NCBI GenBank assembly: GCA_965267575.1
Contig: OZ254086.1
Coordinates: forward strand, 2,368,001 to 2,432,000
Direction of reading: 5' to 3'
Length of the DNA stretch: 64,000 bases
From: Calditrichales bacterium
Lineage (GTDB): Bacteria; Calditrichota; Calditrichia; Calditrichales; J004
The notes below the pieces were generated by a model. The model searched no databases and was not told the DNA's origin. It saw only the letters and a program-made list of their open reading frames with translations. This document shows positions 8,530 through 17,975 of the stretch, one piece after another (within the stretch, counting starts at the first letter, position 1; the number at the start of each line of letters is the position of its first letter). Position numbers and translations under genes: made by a program.

Positions 8530-8730
8530 GAAGTGCTGGCGTGCTGAAGTGTTAAAGTGTTAATGTCGCAGTATCATTTTCTTTCTCATTATCAAGTCCG
8601 GAAGTCTCGTGGTCGCGAGTCTTGAAGTCTTCCCACTCTGTTATTCTTACAAGGTGTTAAGTGAATGCGGCCTGCGTGGCGTGCTCGCGTCTGGGGATCC
8701 CGGTGCGGCTGGGCGCCGACCGGGATGACA
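8530..8730. repeat. Dispersed repeat family A, copy 2 (inverted relative to copy 1), with a ggatcccgg...ccgggatgac hairpin tail
   Basis: gtgctgaagtgttaaagtgttaa...ttctcattatcaa...gaagtctcg...gtcttgaagtctt, then ggatcccggtg...accgggatga. Confidence 0.65.
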
Positions 8731-8855
8731 GTCTACGAGGTTTTCATTTCAGGCTATTTGTCCGTTTCTGTTAAAAATTGCGTGGTACGGAATTAGCCTT
8801 TCTCATATCTTGTTTGCGCAAGTCAAAACCAGTTTAAGAAAACCGGAAAATTTTT

Positions 8856-11618
8856 ATGTCTTCTTCGCGCAGTAATAATCTTCAAATAGACGATCGTTTA
8901 CGTGCCAACATCCGCGAGTTGGGCTATATGCTCGGCGAGGTGCTGGTGGAGCAGGAGGGTGAGGCGCTGTTCCAGGTGGTGGAAGAGTTGCGCGGCCTGA
9001 CCAAGGAGTGGCGCGCCGGAAGCCACGCCGATACACGCGGACCGATCAAGGAGATCGTTGCCGGGTTAAGCCCGGAACAAGCCTATAATGTCATCAAAGC
9101 TTTTTCCATTTACTTTATACTTGTTAATGCAGCCGATGAGGTGCACGGTATTGTGCAGCGCAAGAAGCAAAGCGGAAAGGGGCACGGCGAAGGTGACTTT
9201 TACCGTGAGACAATCGCCGAAATAAAAAAATTGAAGCTTTCACCCGGGGTAATGGAGCGCATGCTGCAGAGCATAGAGATTACGCCGGTATTTACCGCCC
9301 ATCCCACGGAAGCCACGCGCCAGACAATCCTGCGTAAAATCCTGAATATCAGTACGCTGCTGCTGGAACGGGAGCTTGCTTTCCAGGCGCCGCGCCAGCA
9401 GGAGACACAGCGCCGGCGCATCAAGGCCGAGATCACCCTGCTGTGGCAATCCAACGAGATCCGCTTTCACAAGGTGACGGTGGAAGATGAGATTATGCGC
9501 GGATTGTTCTTTTTTAAAAATGTGCTGTACCATGTTTTGCCGCGCTTTTATGACAGCCTGGAATACCTTTTTGAATCGGAACTGGACTACCGCAAGCCGC
9601 TGCCCCGTCTGCTGGGTTTTGGCTCGTGGATTGGCGGGGACCGCGACGGCCACCCGTTTGTAACCGAAGAGCTGACCCGTAAGACGTTGTCCATCCAGCA
9701 GCGCGAAATTATTCAGCTTTACCTGCAGGAGCTCAATGCCATTTACAACGATCTAAGCCAGTCTACACTGATCCGTGAGGCCGATGAGGCGTTGCTGAAA
9801 TCGATCCGCAAAGAGCAGAAAGAGTTGCAGGTGGCGTCTACGGATAATGAGCTGCGCGAAGCCACCGAAGTTTATCGTGCCAAGCTGTATCTGATCCATA
9901 AAAAGCTGGAGAATGTGTTGAATGGCGGGCAGCCGAGGTATGAATCGGCCAAAGGCTTTATGCAGGACCTGCGGCTTATGTACGACAGCCTGGTTCACAA
10001 CAAGGCCGAATTGATCGCTCGCCAGGTGCTTCAGCCTTTGATGCAGAAAGTGAGTACCTTTGGTTTTCATATGGCCAAACTGGACATTCGCCAGAACGCC
10101 TCTTATTTGCGCAGCGCCGTGGCCGAGATTTATGATGCTCTTGATCTTGAAGCGCGCTATGAGACGCTTGATGAAAAGCAACGCGTGGCCTGGCTAACCA
10201 GGGAGATCAATAATCCGCGGCCTTTGACAAACAGTTTCAGCCAGCTCTCTGACGAGACGCGCACGATCCTGAACGAGGTGGCATTGATCCGCTGGGCAAG
10301 GGACAATATTTCCGATAATGCCGCGGGCGACTACATCATCAGCAACAGTGCCCACGCTTCGGATGTGCTGCATGCCCTGCTGCTGGCAAAAGAGTCCGGA
10401 CTGGTTAAGGTGAAACACAACCACATCAGCGCCTCCCGCGTGGACATCCTGCCACTGTTTGAAACCATTGACGACCTGCGCCGCTGCATTGACGTGATGG
10501 AACAGCTTTACGCCAACAACGCCTACAAACATCACCTGAAGCAGCGTGGCCAGCTGCAGAAAATTATGCTGGGTTATTCGGACAGCAACAAGGACGGCGG
10601 GATAATTACTTCCAATTTTGAATTGTACCAGGCGCAAATACGATTGAATGCTTCGGCGCGCGAACGCCATATCGAGCTTGTGCTGTTTCACGGCCGGGGC
10701 GGCAGTATTTCGCGCGGCGGCGGTCCCGTTCAGCGCTCGATCCTGGCGCAGCCGCCGGGTACCATCCGCGGAAAGATCAAGATCACCGAACAGGGTGAAA
10801 TGATATCTTCCAAATACCTGCTGCACGATAACGCCCTGCACAGCCTGGAAACGATCACTTCCGCGGTGCTGCTTAAAACAGCCCGCAGCAGTGTATTGAA
10901 CGACGACGCGCAGATGGGCGAAAATATGGAGCGCTTTTCCACGCTCTCACAACTCGCGTTTGAGCATTACCGCCGGCTGGTTCAGCATGAGCATTTCATC
11001 CGCTATTTCCGCAGCGCCACCCCCATAGATATTATTGAAAAGATTGAGATCGGCTCGCGGCCTCCTTCACGAAAAAAACAGGGTGACATTTCATCCCTGC
11101 GTGCGATACCCTGGGTTTTTTCCTGGACGCAAAACCGCCAGACTATTTCCGGCTGGTACGGTTTCGGCACGGCCATAAAGCAAGCCATTGAAAAGAAGGA
11201 GCTTTCGCTGAAGCAGCTGCAACAGATGTATGAACAGTGGCCCTTTTTCAGAACCCTCCTGCAAAATATTGAGATGGTTCTTTTTAAGACCGATATGGAT
11301 ATCGCGCAGGAATATGTGTCGCTGAGCGGGGAAGAAGGGGCACGGGAAATTTTTGCGCTAATCCGTGAAGAATATGAGCGGTCAGTGCGCAGCCTGCTGG
11401 ACATAACCGGCGAAAAGAGCCTGCTGGATACAAACATTCCCTTGAAACAAACGCTATCGCTGCGTGAGCCATACCTGGATCCGATCCATTTTATCCAGGT
11501 GGAGCTTATACGCCGTTACCGTGATGACAATTTGCCCGCATCGGGCAAACAGAAGCTGCTTAATGTTTTGCGCTCCAGTGTGAACGGCATTGCCGCCGGT
11601 ATCCGCAACACGGGGTGA
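8856..11618 (+). CDS. ppc: Phosphoenolpyruvate carboxylase
   Basis: VFTAHPTE, GSWIGGDRDGHP, IMLGYSDSNKDGG, FHGRGGSISRGG, LRAIPWVF, C-terminal GIAAGIRNTG. Confidence 0.98.
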   Translation: MSSSRSNNLQIDDRLRANIRELGYMLGEVLVEQEGEALFQVVEELRGLTKEWRAGSHADTRGPIKEIVAGLSPEQAYNVIKAFSIYFILVNAADEVHGIVQRKKQSGKGHGEGDFYRETIAEIKKLKLSPGVMERMLQSIEITPVFTAHPTEATRQTILRKILNISTLLLERELAFQAPRQQETQRRRIKAEITLLWQSNEIRFHKVTVEDEIMRGLFFFKNVLYHVLPRFYDSLEYLFESELDYRKPLPRLLGFGSWIGGDRDGHPFVTEELTRKTLSIQQREIIQLYLQELNAIYNDLSQSTLIREADEALLKSIRKEQKELQVASTDNELREATEVYRAKLYLIHKKLENVLNGGQPRYESAKGFMQDLRLMYDSLVHNKAELIARQVLQPLMQKVSTFGFHMAKLDIRQNASYLRSAVAEIYDALDLEARYETLDEKQRVAWLTREINNPRPLTNSFSQLSDETRTILNEVALIRWARDNISDNAAGDYIISNSAHASDVLHALLLAKESGLVKVKHNHISASRVDILPLFETIDDLRRCIDVMEQLYANNAYKHHLKQRGQLQKIMLGYSDSNKDGGIITSNFELYQAQIRLNASARERHIELVLFHGRGGSISRGGGPVQRSILAQPPGTIRGKIKITEQGEMISSKYLLHDNALHSLETITSAVLLKTARSSVLNDDAQMGENMERFSTLSQLAFEHYRRLVQHEHFIRYFRSATPIDIIEKIEIGSRPPSRKKQGDISSLRAIPWVFSWTQNRQTISGWYGFGTAIKQAIEKKELSLKQLQQMYEQWPFFRTLLQNIEMVLFKTDMDIAQEYVSLSGEEGAREIFALIREEYERSVRSLLDITGEKSLLDTNIPLKQTLSLREPYLDPIHFIQVELIRRYRDDNLPASGKQKLLNVLRSSVNGIAAGIRNTG

Positions 11619-11708
11619 AGAGTGTGCCAGGGTGGTTGTGTGTTCAGGTAAAACGAGCCTTTAGCAATGCCTCTTTCCCTTTCCCGGAAGGGTTCGGGTT
11701 GGGGTTCT

Positions 11709-13301
11709 TTAACTTACAACACCCTCAATCTCCGTATCCTCATAAAACTGTTGCAGGCGATCTAATTCCTTGTGCAGGCGTTGGCGCACTTCCACGTACA
11801 TGGGATGGTCGTAGACGTTGCGCAGTTCCTGTGGATCAATCTGTAGATCGTACAATTCCCAGTGGTCGATATCATGGTAAAAATGGATCAGCTTGTAGCG
11901 CTCGGTGCGGATGCCGTAGTGCCGCTTTACGTCGTGCCAGCCGTGGGGGTACTCGTAATAGTGGTAGTAAACCCCATCGCGCCATTGGCCTTTGTTTTGT
12001 GTAAACAGCCCGCGCAGGGAGGCTCCCTGCATGTCGTCGGGAATGTGGCTGCCGGCCAGGTCCAGCAACGTCGGCGCAAAGTCCAGGTTCATCACCATGC
12101 GCTTTTCGATCTGTCCCGCTTTGATCATGCCCGGATAACGCATTACCAACGGCATGCTCAGTGATTCCTCATACATAAAGCGCTTATCATACCAGCCGTG
12201 CTCGCCCAGGTAAAAGCCCTGGTCGGAGGTGTAGACAACGATCGTGTTTTGCGCCAGGCTTTTTTCGTCCAGCCAATCCAGTACCTGTCCCACACCTTCA
12301 TCCACGGCCAGCACACAGCGCAGGTAATCCTTGATGTACTGCTGGTATTTCCACTCGGTCAGGTCTTTCCCTTGCCGTTTGGCTTGTTTGAATTCCTCAT
12401 TGCGTTTTTGGTAATGGGCGTCCCAGGCTGCGCGCTGTTCCGGCGTCAGGCGTTCATAGGTGTCTTTCCAGGTCTGTTCAATATTTTTTGCGAATTCTTT
12501 ATTGCCACCGCTGCCTGTTTCTTTTTCATAGCTGTCCGGTTGCAGTTTCAGGTCAAAGGAGAGGTACATATCCTCGATGAGCATGTCGGCGGCTTCCGCG
12601 GCAGGACGACCAGAATAATCATCGTGCAGGGTAAGCGGCAGCGGCAGGTCGTCCGGGAACGCATCCAGGTGGCGCGGCGCCGGCATCCAGTTGCGGTGTG
12701 GCGCCTTGTGATGCAGCAGCAGGCAAAACGGGCGATTCTGCTGACGGCCGTTTAACCACGCCAGCGCCCTCTCGGTGATCAGGTCTGTCGTGTAGCCCGT
12801 AAGCTTTTCTTCCTGCCCGTTTTTGTCAAAAAGCGGGTTGTAATATTGTCCCTGGCCCTTCAGAATGTCATAATGGTTAAATCCGGTCGGTGTGGATTTC
12901 AGGTGCCATTTGCCCACAATCGCCGTTTCATAGCCCGATTGTTGCAGCAGCTTGGGGAACGTCACCTGGTTGCCGTCAAACTCGTCACGATTATCGCGCA
13001 GCCCGTTTTTGTGGCTGTACTTCCCGGTCAGCATGGTGGCGCGGCTTGGCGCGCAGATGGAGTTGGTAACAAAGCTATTCACGAAACGCACGCCCTCTTT
13101 GGCAATGCGATCAATGTGCGGCGTTTTGATCATTTTGCTGCCGTAACAGCTCAGCGCCTGCTCGGCATGGTCATCGCTCATGATGAAGACGATGTTGGGC
13201 GGCGGCTCTCCGGGTTTGCACAACGTAAGCAACTGCGGCAGAGACAAAGCTGCCGCACCATAGCCCATGGTTTTGATAAATTCACGGCGTGTTCTGGACA
13301 T
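11709..13301 (-). CDS. Tat-exported sulfatase (formylglycine-dependent, Cys type)
   Basis: Twin-arginine SRTRREFIK; PNIVFIMSDDH, CAPSRA (CxPxR), GKWHL, SDQGFYLGEHG; CAGGAGG RBS before ATG13301. Confidence 0.93.
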   Translation of the reverse strand: MSRTRREFIKTMGYGAAALSLPQLLTLCKPGEPPPNIVFIMSDDHAEQALSCYGSKMIKTPHIDRIAKEGVRFVNSFVTNSICAPSRATMLTGKYSHKNGLRDNRDEFDGNQVTFPKLLQQSGYETAIVGKWHLKSTPTGFNHYDILKGQGQYYNPLFDKNGQEEKLTGYTTDLITERALAWLNGRQQNRPFCLLLHHKAPHRNWMPAPRHLDAFPDDLPLPLTLHDDYSGRPAAEAADMLIEDMYLSFDLKLQPDSYEKETGSGGNKEFAKNIEQTWKDTYERLTPEQRAAWDAHYQKRNEEFKQAKRQGKDLTEWKYQQYIKDYLRCVLAVDEGVGQVLDWLDEKSLAQNTIVVYTSDQGFYLGEHGWYDKRFMYEESLSMPLVMRYPGMIKAGQIEKRMVMNLDFAPTLLDLAGSHIPDDMQGASLRGLFTQNKGQWRDGVYYHYYEYPHGWHDVKRHYGIRTERYKLIHFYHDIDHWELYDLQIDPQELRNVYDHPMYVEVRQRLHKELDRLQQFYEDTEIEGVVS

Positions 13302-13430
13302 AATGGCCTCCTGTGGGATGAAACAATCTCCACAGCGCAAACCAAAAATTCAACCAAAAATGCGGATCAAAAGAGGGGCTGTAAACCGGGCCGGGGAGAA
13401 CACGGGACCTAAAAAATAATCACTTGAAAC

Positions 13431-13775
13431 TCATTTTTCCTGTGTATGCTGTTGCCTGTAATCCGCGCCCCATTGGCGCAGGCTTTCTATGATCGGGATG
13501 ACCGTTTGACCTTGCTCGGTGAGCGAATACTCCACCTTGGGCGGCACCACCTGGTACACCTCGCGGTGGACCAGCCCGTCGGCTTCCAGCTCGCGCAGCT
13601 GCTCGGTCAGCATTTTGTGGGTGATTTTTCCCAGGCTGCGGCGCAATTCACCGTAACGCATGGTGTTCGCGGCCAGCCGCCAGATAATTGGCATTTTCCA
13701 CTTGCCGCCGATGATGTCCAGGGCCAGTTCAACCGGGTTGTTATAGGTCTTGTCGCGAAAGCTAAAAGCGGGCAT
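13431..13775 (-). CDS. HxlR-family winged-helix transcriptional regulator
   Basis: IIGGKWK, RYGELRR, KMLTEQLRELE, VPPKVEYSLT. Confidence 0.93.
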   Translation of the reverse strand: MPAFSFRDKTYNNPVELALDIIGGKWKMPIIWRLAANTMRYGELRRSLGKITHKMLTEQLRELEADGLVHREVYQVVPPKVEYSLTEQGQTVIPIIESLRQWGADYRQQHTQEK

Positions 13776-13789
13776 GTTGCAATCTCCAA

Positions 13790-13856
13790 ACTTACTTTAA
13801 GGTGTGTATCATACTTTAAAGTACATACTTGACGAATTGATTGTATAAACTATATT
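13790..13856. promoter_or_regulatory. Divergent promoter region with palindromic operator
   Basis: Perfect palindrome TACTTTAAAGTA (13812-13823) plus a related CTTACTTTAAGGT; TTGACG-16-TATATT toward the DJ-1 gene. Confidence 0.5.
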
Positions 13857-13887
13857 TATGGCGCAACAAAAACAACAGGAGATTTTT

Positions 13888-14634
13888 ATGAGCGCCAATA
13901 TCAACATCAGCAACCCGGATAAACCCAGGCGTATCGCTATGATCGCAGCGAATCCCACGGTTTCCAAGCAAACCGGCTGGCCCATTGGCTTCTGGTGGGC
14001 AGAGCTGACTCACCCCTGGTGGGCCTTTAGCGAGGCCGGCTACAAAGTGGATATTTTCAGCCCTGATGGCGGCAAACTGGAAGCGGACGGCTTCAGCGAT
14101 CCTGAGCATGAGAGCGGTTATTCGGCGCATGACATCCTTTCGCTTGGCTTTAAAAAGTCGGCCGAACACAGCAAGCTGGTCGAAAACAGCAAACCGATCT
14201 CACAGATCAGACTGGCTGATTACGACGGTATTTTTCTATGCGGCGGACAGTCACCCATGTACACATTTATCGAGAACGCGCCGCTGCATAAACTGGTGGT
14301 GGATTTTTATGAGGCCGGCAAGATCGTTGGAATTGTTTGTCACGCCACCTGCGTTTTGCTTAAAGCCAAAACCAAAGAAGGCAACTTGCTGGTAAATGAA
14401 AAAACCTGGACCGGCTTCGCGGATGCCGAAGAGCAATACGCCGACCAGTACGTGGGACAAAAAATACAACCGTTCTGGATTGAGAGTGAAGCGCGCAAGC
14501 TGCCGGACACCACGTTTATTACCGGCGGCATTTTCCGGCCCTTTGCCATCCGTGACGGCAACCTGGTGACGGGGCAGCAGCAATTCTCCGGCGCCGAAGC
14601 GGCTAAACTGATGATTGAGGCCTTGGGGCGGTAA
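13888..14634 (+). CDS. DJ-1/PfpI-family (type 1 glutamine amidotransferase-like) protein, glyoxalase III-like
   Basis: GFWWAELTHP, YDGIFLCGG, nucleophile elbow VCHA, DGNLVTGQQQFSG; AGGAG RBS. Confidence 0.88.
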   Translation: MSANINISNPDKPRRIAMIAANPTVSKQTGWPIGFWWAELTHPWWAFSEAGYKVDIFSPDGGKLEADGFSDPEHESGYSAHDILSLGFKKSAEHSKLVENSKPISQIRLADYDGIFLCGGQSPMYTFIENAPLHKLVVDFYEAGKIVGIVCHATCVLLKAKTKEGNLLVNEKTWTGFADAEEQYADQYVGQKIQPFWIESEARKLPDTTFITGGIFRPFAIRDGNLVTGQQQFSGAEAAKLMIEALGR

Positions 14635-14641
14635 GAAAGAA

Positions 14642-14773
14642 AACCACAGGGGGCACAGAGAAGTTTTCACAGAGGCCACGGAGAGATGAAATCCTAAATA
14701 TTTTGAATTTGTTTAGTCCTAAAATAAATATTCCTCGGTGTTCTCTGTGTTGAACTCTGTGACCTCTGTGGTT
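14642..14773. repeat. Inverted-repeat element with CACAGAG submodules (MITE-like)
   Basis: Left arm aaccacagggggcacagag...cacagaggccacggag and right arm ctcggtg..ctctgtg..ctctgtgacctctgtggtt around an AT-rich core. Confidence 0.75.
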
Positions 14774-14789
14774 AAAAAAAGGAGCATGT

Positions 14790-15392
14790 ATGAAAATAGC
14801 AGTAATTGGTGCAGGCAATATCGGCGGAACGCTGGGGGTGAAGTGGGCCGAAGCCGGACACGACGTCTGTTTTGGCGTACGCCGCGAAAGCGACCATTTA
14901 AAGCAACGACTGGATGAAAGCGGTGGCAAAGCACGCGCGGCATCTGTTGAAGAGAGTATTGCCGGCCATGACATCATTTTGCTGGCACTGCCCGGCAAAG
15001 CGATGCCCGAGTTTGTGCAGCAGCATGGCGCAAAGTTATCGGGCAAAACGGTCATTGACGCCGGCAACCGCATGGATCAACGGCAAAAACACAGCATACC
15101 CGCGATACGATCGGCAGCTTCTTCCGCCGATATTTACCGCGCCTTTAACAACCTGGGCTGGGAGGTATTTGCCAATCCCAAATTTGGCGGCGAGGCGGCC
15201 ACAGGCTTTTTTTGCGGCTCGGAGAACAACGCCAAAATCGCCGCCCTAATTGCTGATATTGGCCTGGAACCGCTCTACCTGGGAGACCACGGCAAGCTGG
15301 AACTGATGGACAGCCTGACCGCCCTGTGGTTCACCCTGGCTTATGAGCAAAAGGGAGGCCGCCATCTGGCCCTGAAAATTCTGCGTGATTAA
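14790..15392 (+). CDS. NADP oxidoreductase, F420-dependent NADP reductase-like family
   Basis: MKIAVIGAGNIG Rossmann motif, VIDAGN, RAFNNLG. Confidence 0.85.
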   Translation: MKIAVIGAGNIGGTLGVKWAEAGHDVCFGVRRESDHLKQRLDESGGKARAASVEESIAGHDIILLALPGKAMPEFVQQHGAKLSGKTVIDAGNRMDQRQKHSIPAIRSAASSADIYRAFNNLGWEVFANPKFGGEAATGFFCGSENNAKIAALIADIGLEPLYLGDHGKLELMDSLTALWFTLAYEQKGGRHLALKILRD

Positions 15393-15463
15393 CACCGGAT
15401 TATTTTCTTGCCTTTTGATGTTGATTGTGCCGATACTTGCGCAACTAAAACAAAAGGCCCGGT

Positions 15464-16066
15464 ATGACTAAAATACTCATCCTTTTTGCCCACCCGGCAT
15501 TTCAGAAGTCACGCGTAAACCGCCACCTGGTTGAAGGGTTGCGGGAGATGGAAGGGGTTACCTTTCACGACCTGTATGAAGCCTATCCCGAATTCGATAT
15601 CGACGTGCAGCATGAACAGGAACTTTTGCTGCAGCATCACTGCATCGTTTTTCAGCACCCCATGTTCTGGTACAGCACGCCGGCCATCATGAAGGAATGG
15701 CAGGACCTGGTGCTGGAGCACGGCTGGGCCTATGGCAGCAGCGGCACCATGCTGGAAAACAAAATCTTTTTCAACGCTATCACCACGGGCGGGCCGCAAC
15801 AGGCTTACCGTACCAAGGGCTACAACCGCCACACCATCCATGAATTGCTGGCACCTATCCGCCAGACGGCGCAATTGTGCAACATGATTTACCTGCCGCC
15901 TTATGCCGTCCACGGCACGCACGCCATTGAGCCCGATGAAATCATATTGCATAAAAACGGCTACCGTGATTTGCTGCAGGAGATCATTAACGACCGTTTT
16001 GACATGGAGCGCGCGCTGAAACTGGAATACCTGAACGATTACACCCCGGAGGCCAGCCATGCATGA
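15464..16066 (+). CDS. kefG: KefF/KefG-like NAD(P)H oxidoreductase (flavodoxin-like fold)
   Basis: AHP..SRVN, DLYEAYP, QHPMFWYSTP, WQDLVLEHGWAYG; overlaps the start of the CPA2 gene. Confidence 0.85.
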   Translation: MTKILILFAHPAFQKSRVNRHLVEGLREMEGVTFHDLYEAYPEFDIDVQHEQELLLQHHCIVFQHPMFWYSTPAIMKEWQDLVLEHGWAYGSSGTMLENKIFFNAITTGGPQQAYRTKGYNRHTIHELLAPIRQTAQLCNMIYLPPYAVHGTHAIEPDEIILHKNGYRDLLQEIINDRFDMERALKLEYLNDYTPEASHA

Positions 16067-17975
16067 GGGAGGATTTTTCTACCAGGCGTTTGTTTACCTC
16101 AGCGCGGCCGTCATCTCCGTGCCCGTAGCTAAAAAACTGGGGTTGGGTTCGGTACTCGGTTACTTGCTGGCAGGTATCATTATCGGGCCCTTTGTGCTGG
16201 GCCTGATCGGCGAAGAGGGCCAGGACGTTATGCACTTCGCCGAGTTTGGCGTGGTGATGATGCTTTTTTTGATCGGCCTGGAACTGCAGCCGGCCCTGCT
16301 CTGGAAGTTGCGCGCCCCGATTCTGGGTCTGGGCGGTGTGCAGGTTCTGGCAACAACCGCCATCATCATGGCGGCCACGCTGGCGCTTAGCAATCTGCCC
16401 TGGCAAACGTCGCTGGCACTGGGTCTTACGCTTGCATTGTCGTCCACGGCGATCGTGCTGCAAACACTTAATGAAAAAGGATTGCTTAAAAGCGAAGGCG
16501 GCCAAAACGCCTTTTCCGTGCTGCTTTTCCAGGATATCGCGGTGATTCCGATACTGGCGATTTTACCTTTGCTGGCCGTAGCCGGCATAGAAACGGGCGG
16601 CGGCCATGAAAGCCATACCTGGGTGGACGGCCTGCCCATCTGGTTGCGAACCGGCGTGGTTTTTGGCGTAGTGGCGGCCATTATCCTGGCAGGACGCTAT
16701 CTTATTGGTCCCGCCTTCCGCCTGATCGCCGAAACGCGTCTGCGGGAACTGTTCACCGCCGCGGCGCTGCTGCTGGTGATTGGCATCGCGCTGCTTATGA
16801 CGCAGGTGGGGCTGAGTCCGGCGCTGGGTACTTTCCTGGCCGGTGTGGTTCTGGCCCAAAGCGAGTACCGCCACGAGCTGGAAACAGACATCGAACCGTT
16901 TAAGGGATTGCTGCTGGGATTGTTCTTTATTGCCGTCGGCGCTTCCATCGATTTTCACCTGATCGCCGCCGAGCCGGGTTTGATTGCCATGCTTGTGGTG
17001 GCCCTGATTGTGATCAAGTTTATCGTGCTTATCGTGATTGGCCGCGTTTTCGGCATGGGGCTGGACAGCAACCTAATGTTTGCCTTTGCCCTGGCCCAGG
17101 GCGGGGAATTCGCCTTTGTGCTTTTTTCATTTGCATTGCAAAACGGCGTAATGACCGGCGCGACGGCCAACCCGCTGATCGCCGCCGTCGCCATGACCAT
17201 GGCGCTGACGCCGCTGTTAATGCTGCTGAACGAAAAGCTGATCCAACCTCGTTTTGGCACCAAAGAAAAAGAAGAGCGCGAAGCCGACGCCATCGATGAG
17301 CAGCACCCGGTGATTATTGCAGGTTTTGGCCGCTTTGGCAGCACCATCGGTCGCTTCCTGCAGGCCAACGGTGTGCAATCCACCTACCTGGATGTGGACC
17401 CCAATAACGTGGACCTGCTGCGTAAAATGGGTCTGAAAGTTTTTTACGGTGACGCCTCACGTCACGATCTGCTGCATGCCGCCGGCGCTGAAGAAGCCCG
17501 ACTGCTTATCGTTGCCGTAGATAGTCCGGACAAGGCTTTTGAAATCGTGGAAACGGCCAAAAAGCACTTCCCGCATTTAATCATCCTTACACGCACCCAC
17601 AGCTGGAATGACTCCTACGATATGCTGGATGAGGGCATCACCCATGTTTACCGCGAATTCCTGGACAGCGCCCTGCGCATTGCCGCCGACGCCCTGAGCA
17701 TGCTGGGTCATCGCCGCTACCAGGTGCACCGTGCCGTTAAAACATTCCGCAAACATGATGAGCGTTTTTTGCGTGAACTGGCCGAAATGCGCCGCGACGG
17801 TGGCACGTTGGTACATGGCGCGCGCGAACGCATCGCCGACCTGGAACGCCTGATTCAGGACAACCTGCAAAACGTGGGCAAAGACAAAGACCTGGGCTGG
17901 GATGCCACCACCCTGCGCGAGGAATTTGCCCCCATCATCCGCGAGCTGAAGAAGAAGCAAAAGGCGGGGGATTAG
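16059..17975 (+). CDS. kefC: KefB/KefC-like potassium efflux system (CPA2 plus KTN domain)
   Basis: GLGSVLGYL, FAEFGVVMMLFLIGLEL, LLFQDIAVIP, SEYRHELETDIEPFKGLLLGLFF, IIAGFGRFG, YGDASR. Confidence 0.93.
   Translation: MHEGGFFYQAFVYLSAAVISVPVAKKLGLGSVLGYLLAGIIIGPFVLGLIGEEGQDVMHFAEFGVVMMLFLIGLELQPALLWKLRAPILGLGGVQVLATTAIIMAATLALSNLPWQTSLALGLTLALSSTAIVLQTLNEKGLLKSEGGQNAFSVLLFQDIAVIPILAILPLLAVAGIETGGGHESHTWVDGLPIWLRTGVVFGVVAAIILAGRYLIGPAFRLIAETRLRELFTAAALLLVIGIALLMTQVGLSPALGTFLAGVVLAQSEYRHELETDIEPFKGLLLGLFFIAVGASIDFHLIAAEPGLIAMLVVALIVIKFIVLIVIGRVFGMGLDSNLMFAFALAQGGEFAFVLFSFALQNGVMTGATANPLIAAVAMTMALTPLLMLLNEKLIQPRFGTKEKEEREADAIDEQHPVIIAGFGRFGSTIGRFLQANGVQSTYLDVDPNNVDLLRKMGLKVFYGDASRHDLLHAAGAEEARLLIVAVDSPDKAFEIVETAKKHFPHLIILTRTHSWNDSYDMLDEGITHVYREFLDSALRIAADALSMLGHRRYQVHRAVKTFRKHDERFLRELAEMRRDGGTLVHGARERIADLERLIQDNLQNVGKDKDLGWDATTLREEFAPIIRELKKKQKAGD

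Noticed and set aside
11670..11706. ccctttcccggaagggttcgggttgggg hairpin between the convergent ppc and sulfatase genes
   Set aside because: Single short degenerate copy; cannot distinguish a repeat remnant from a weak terminator
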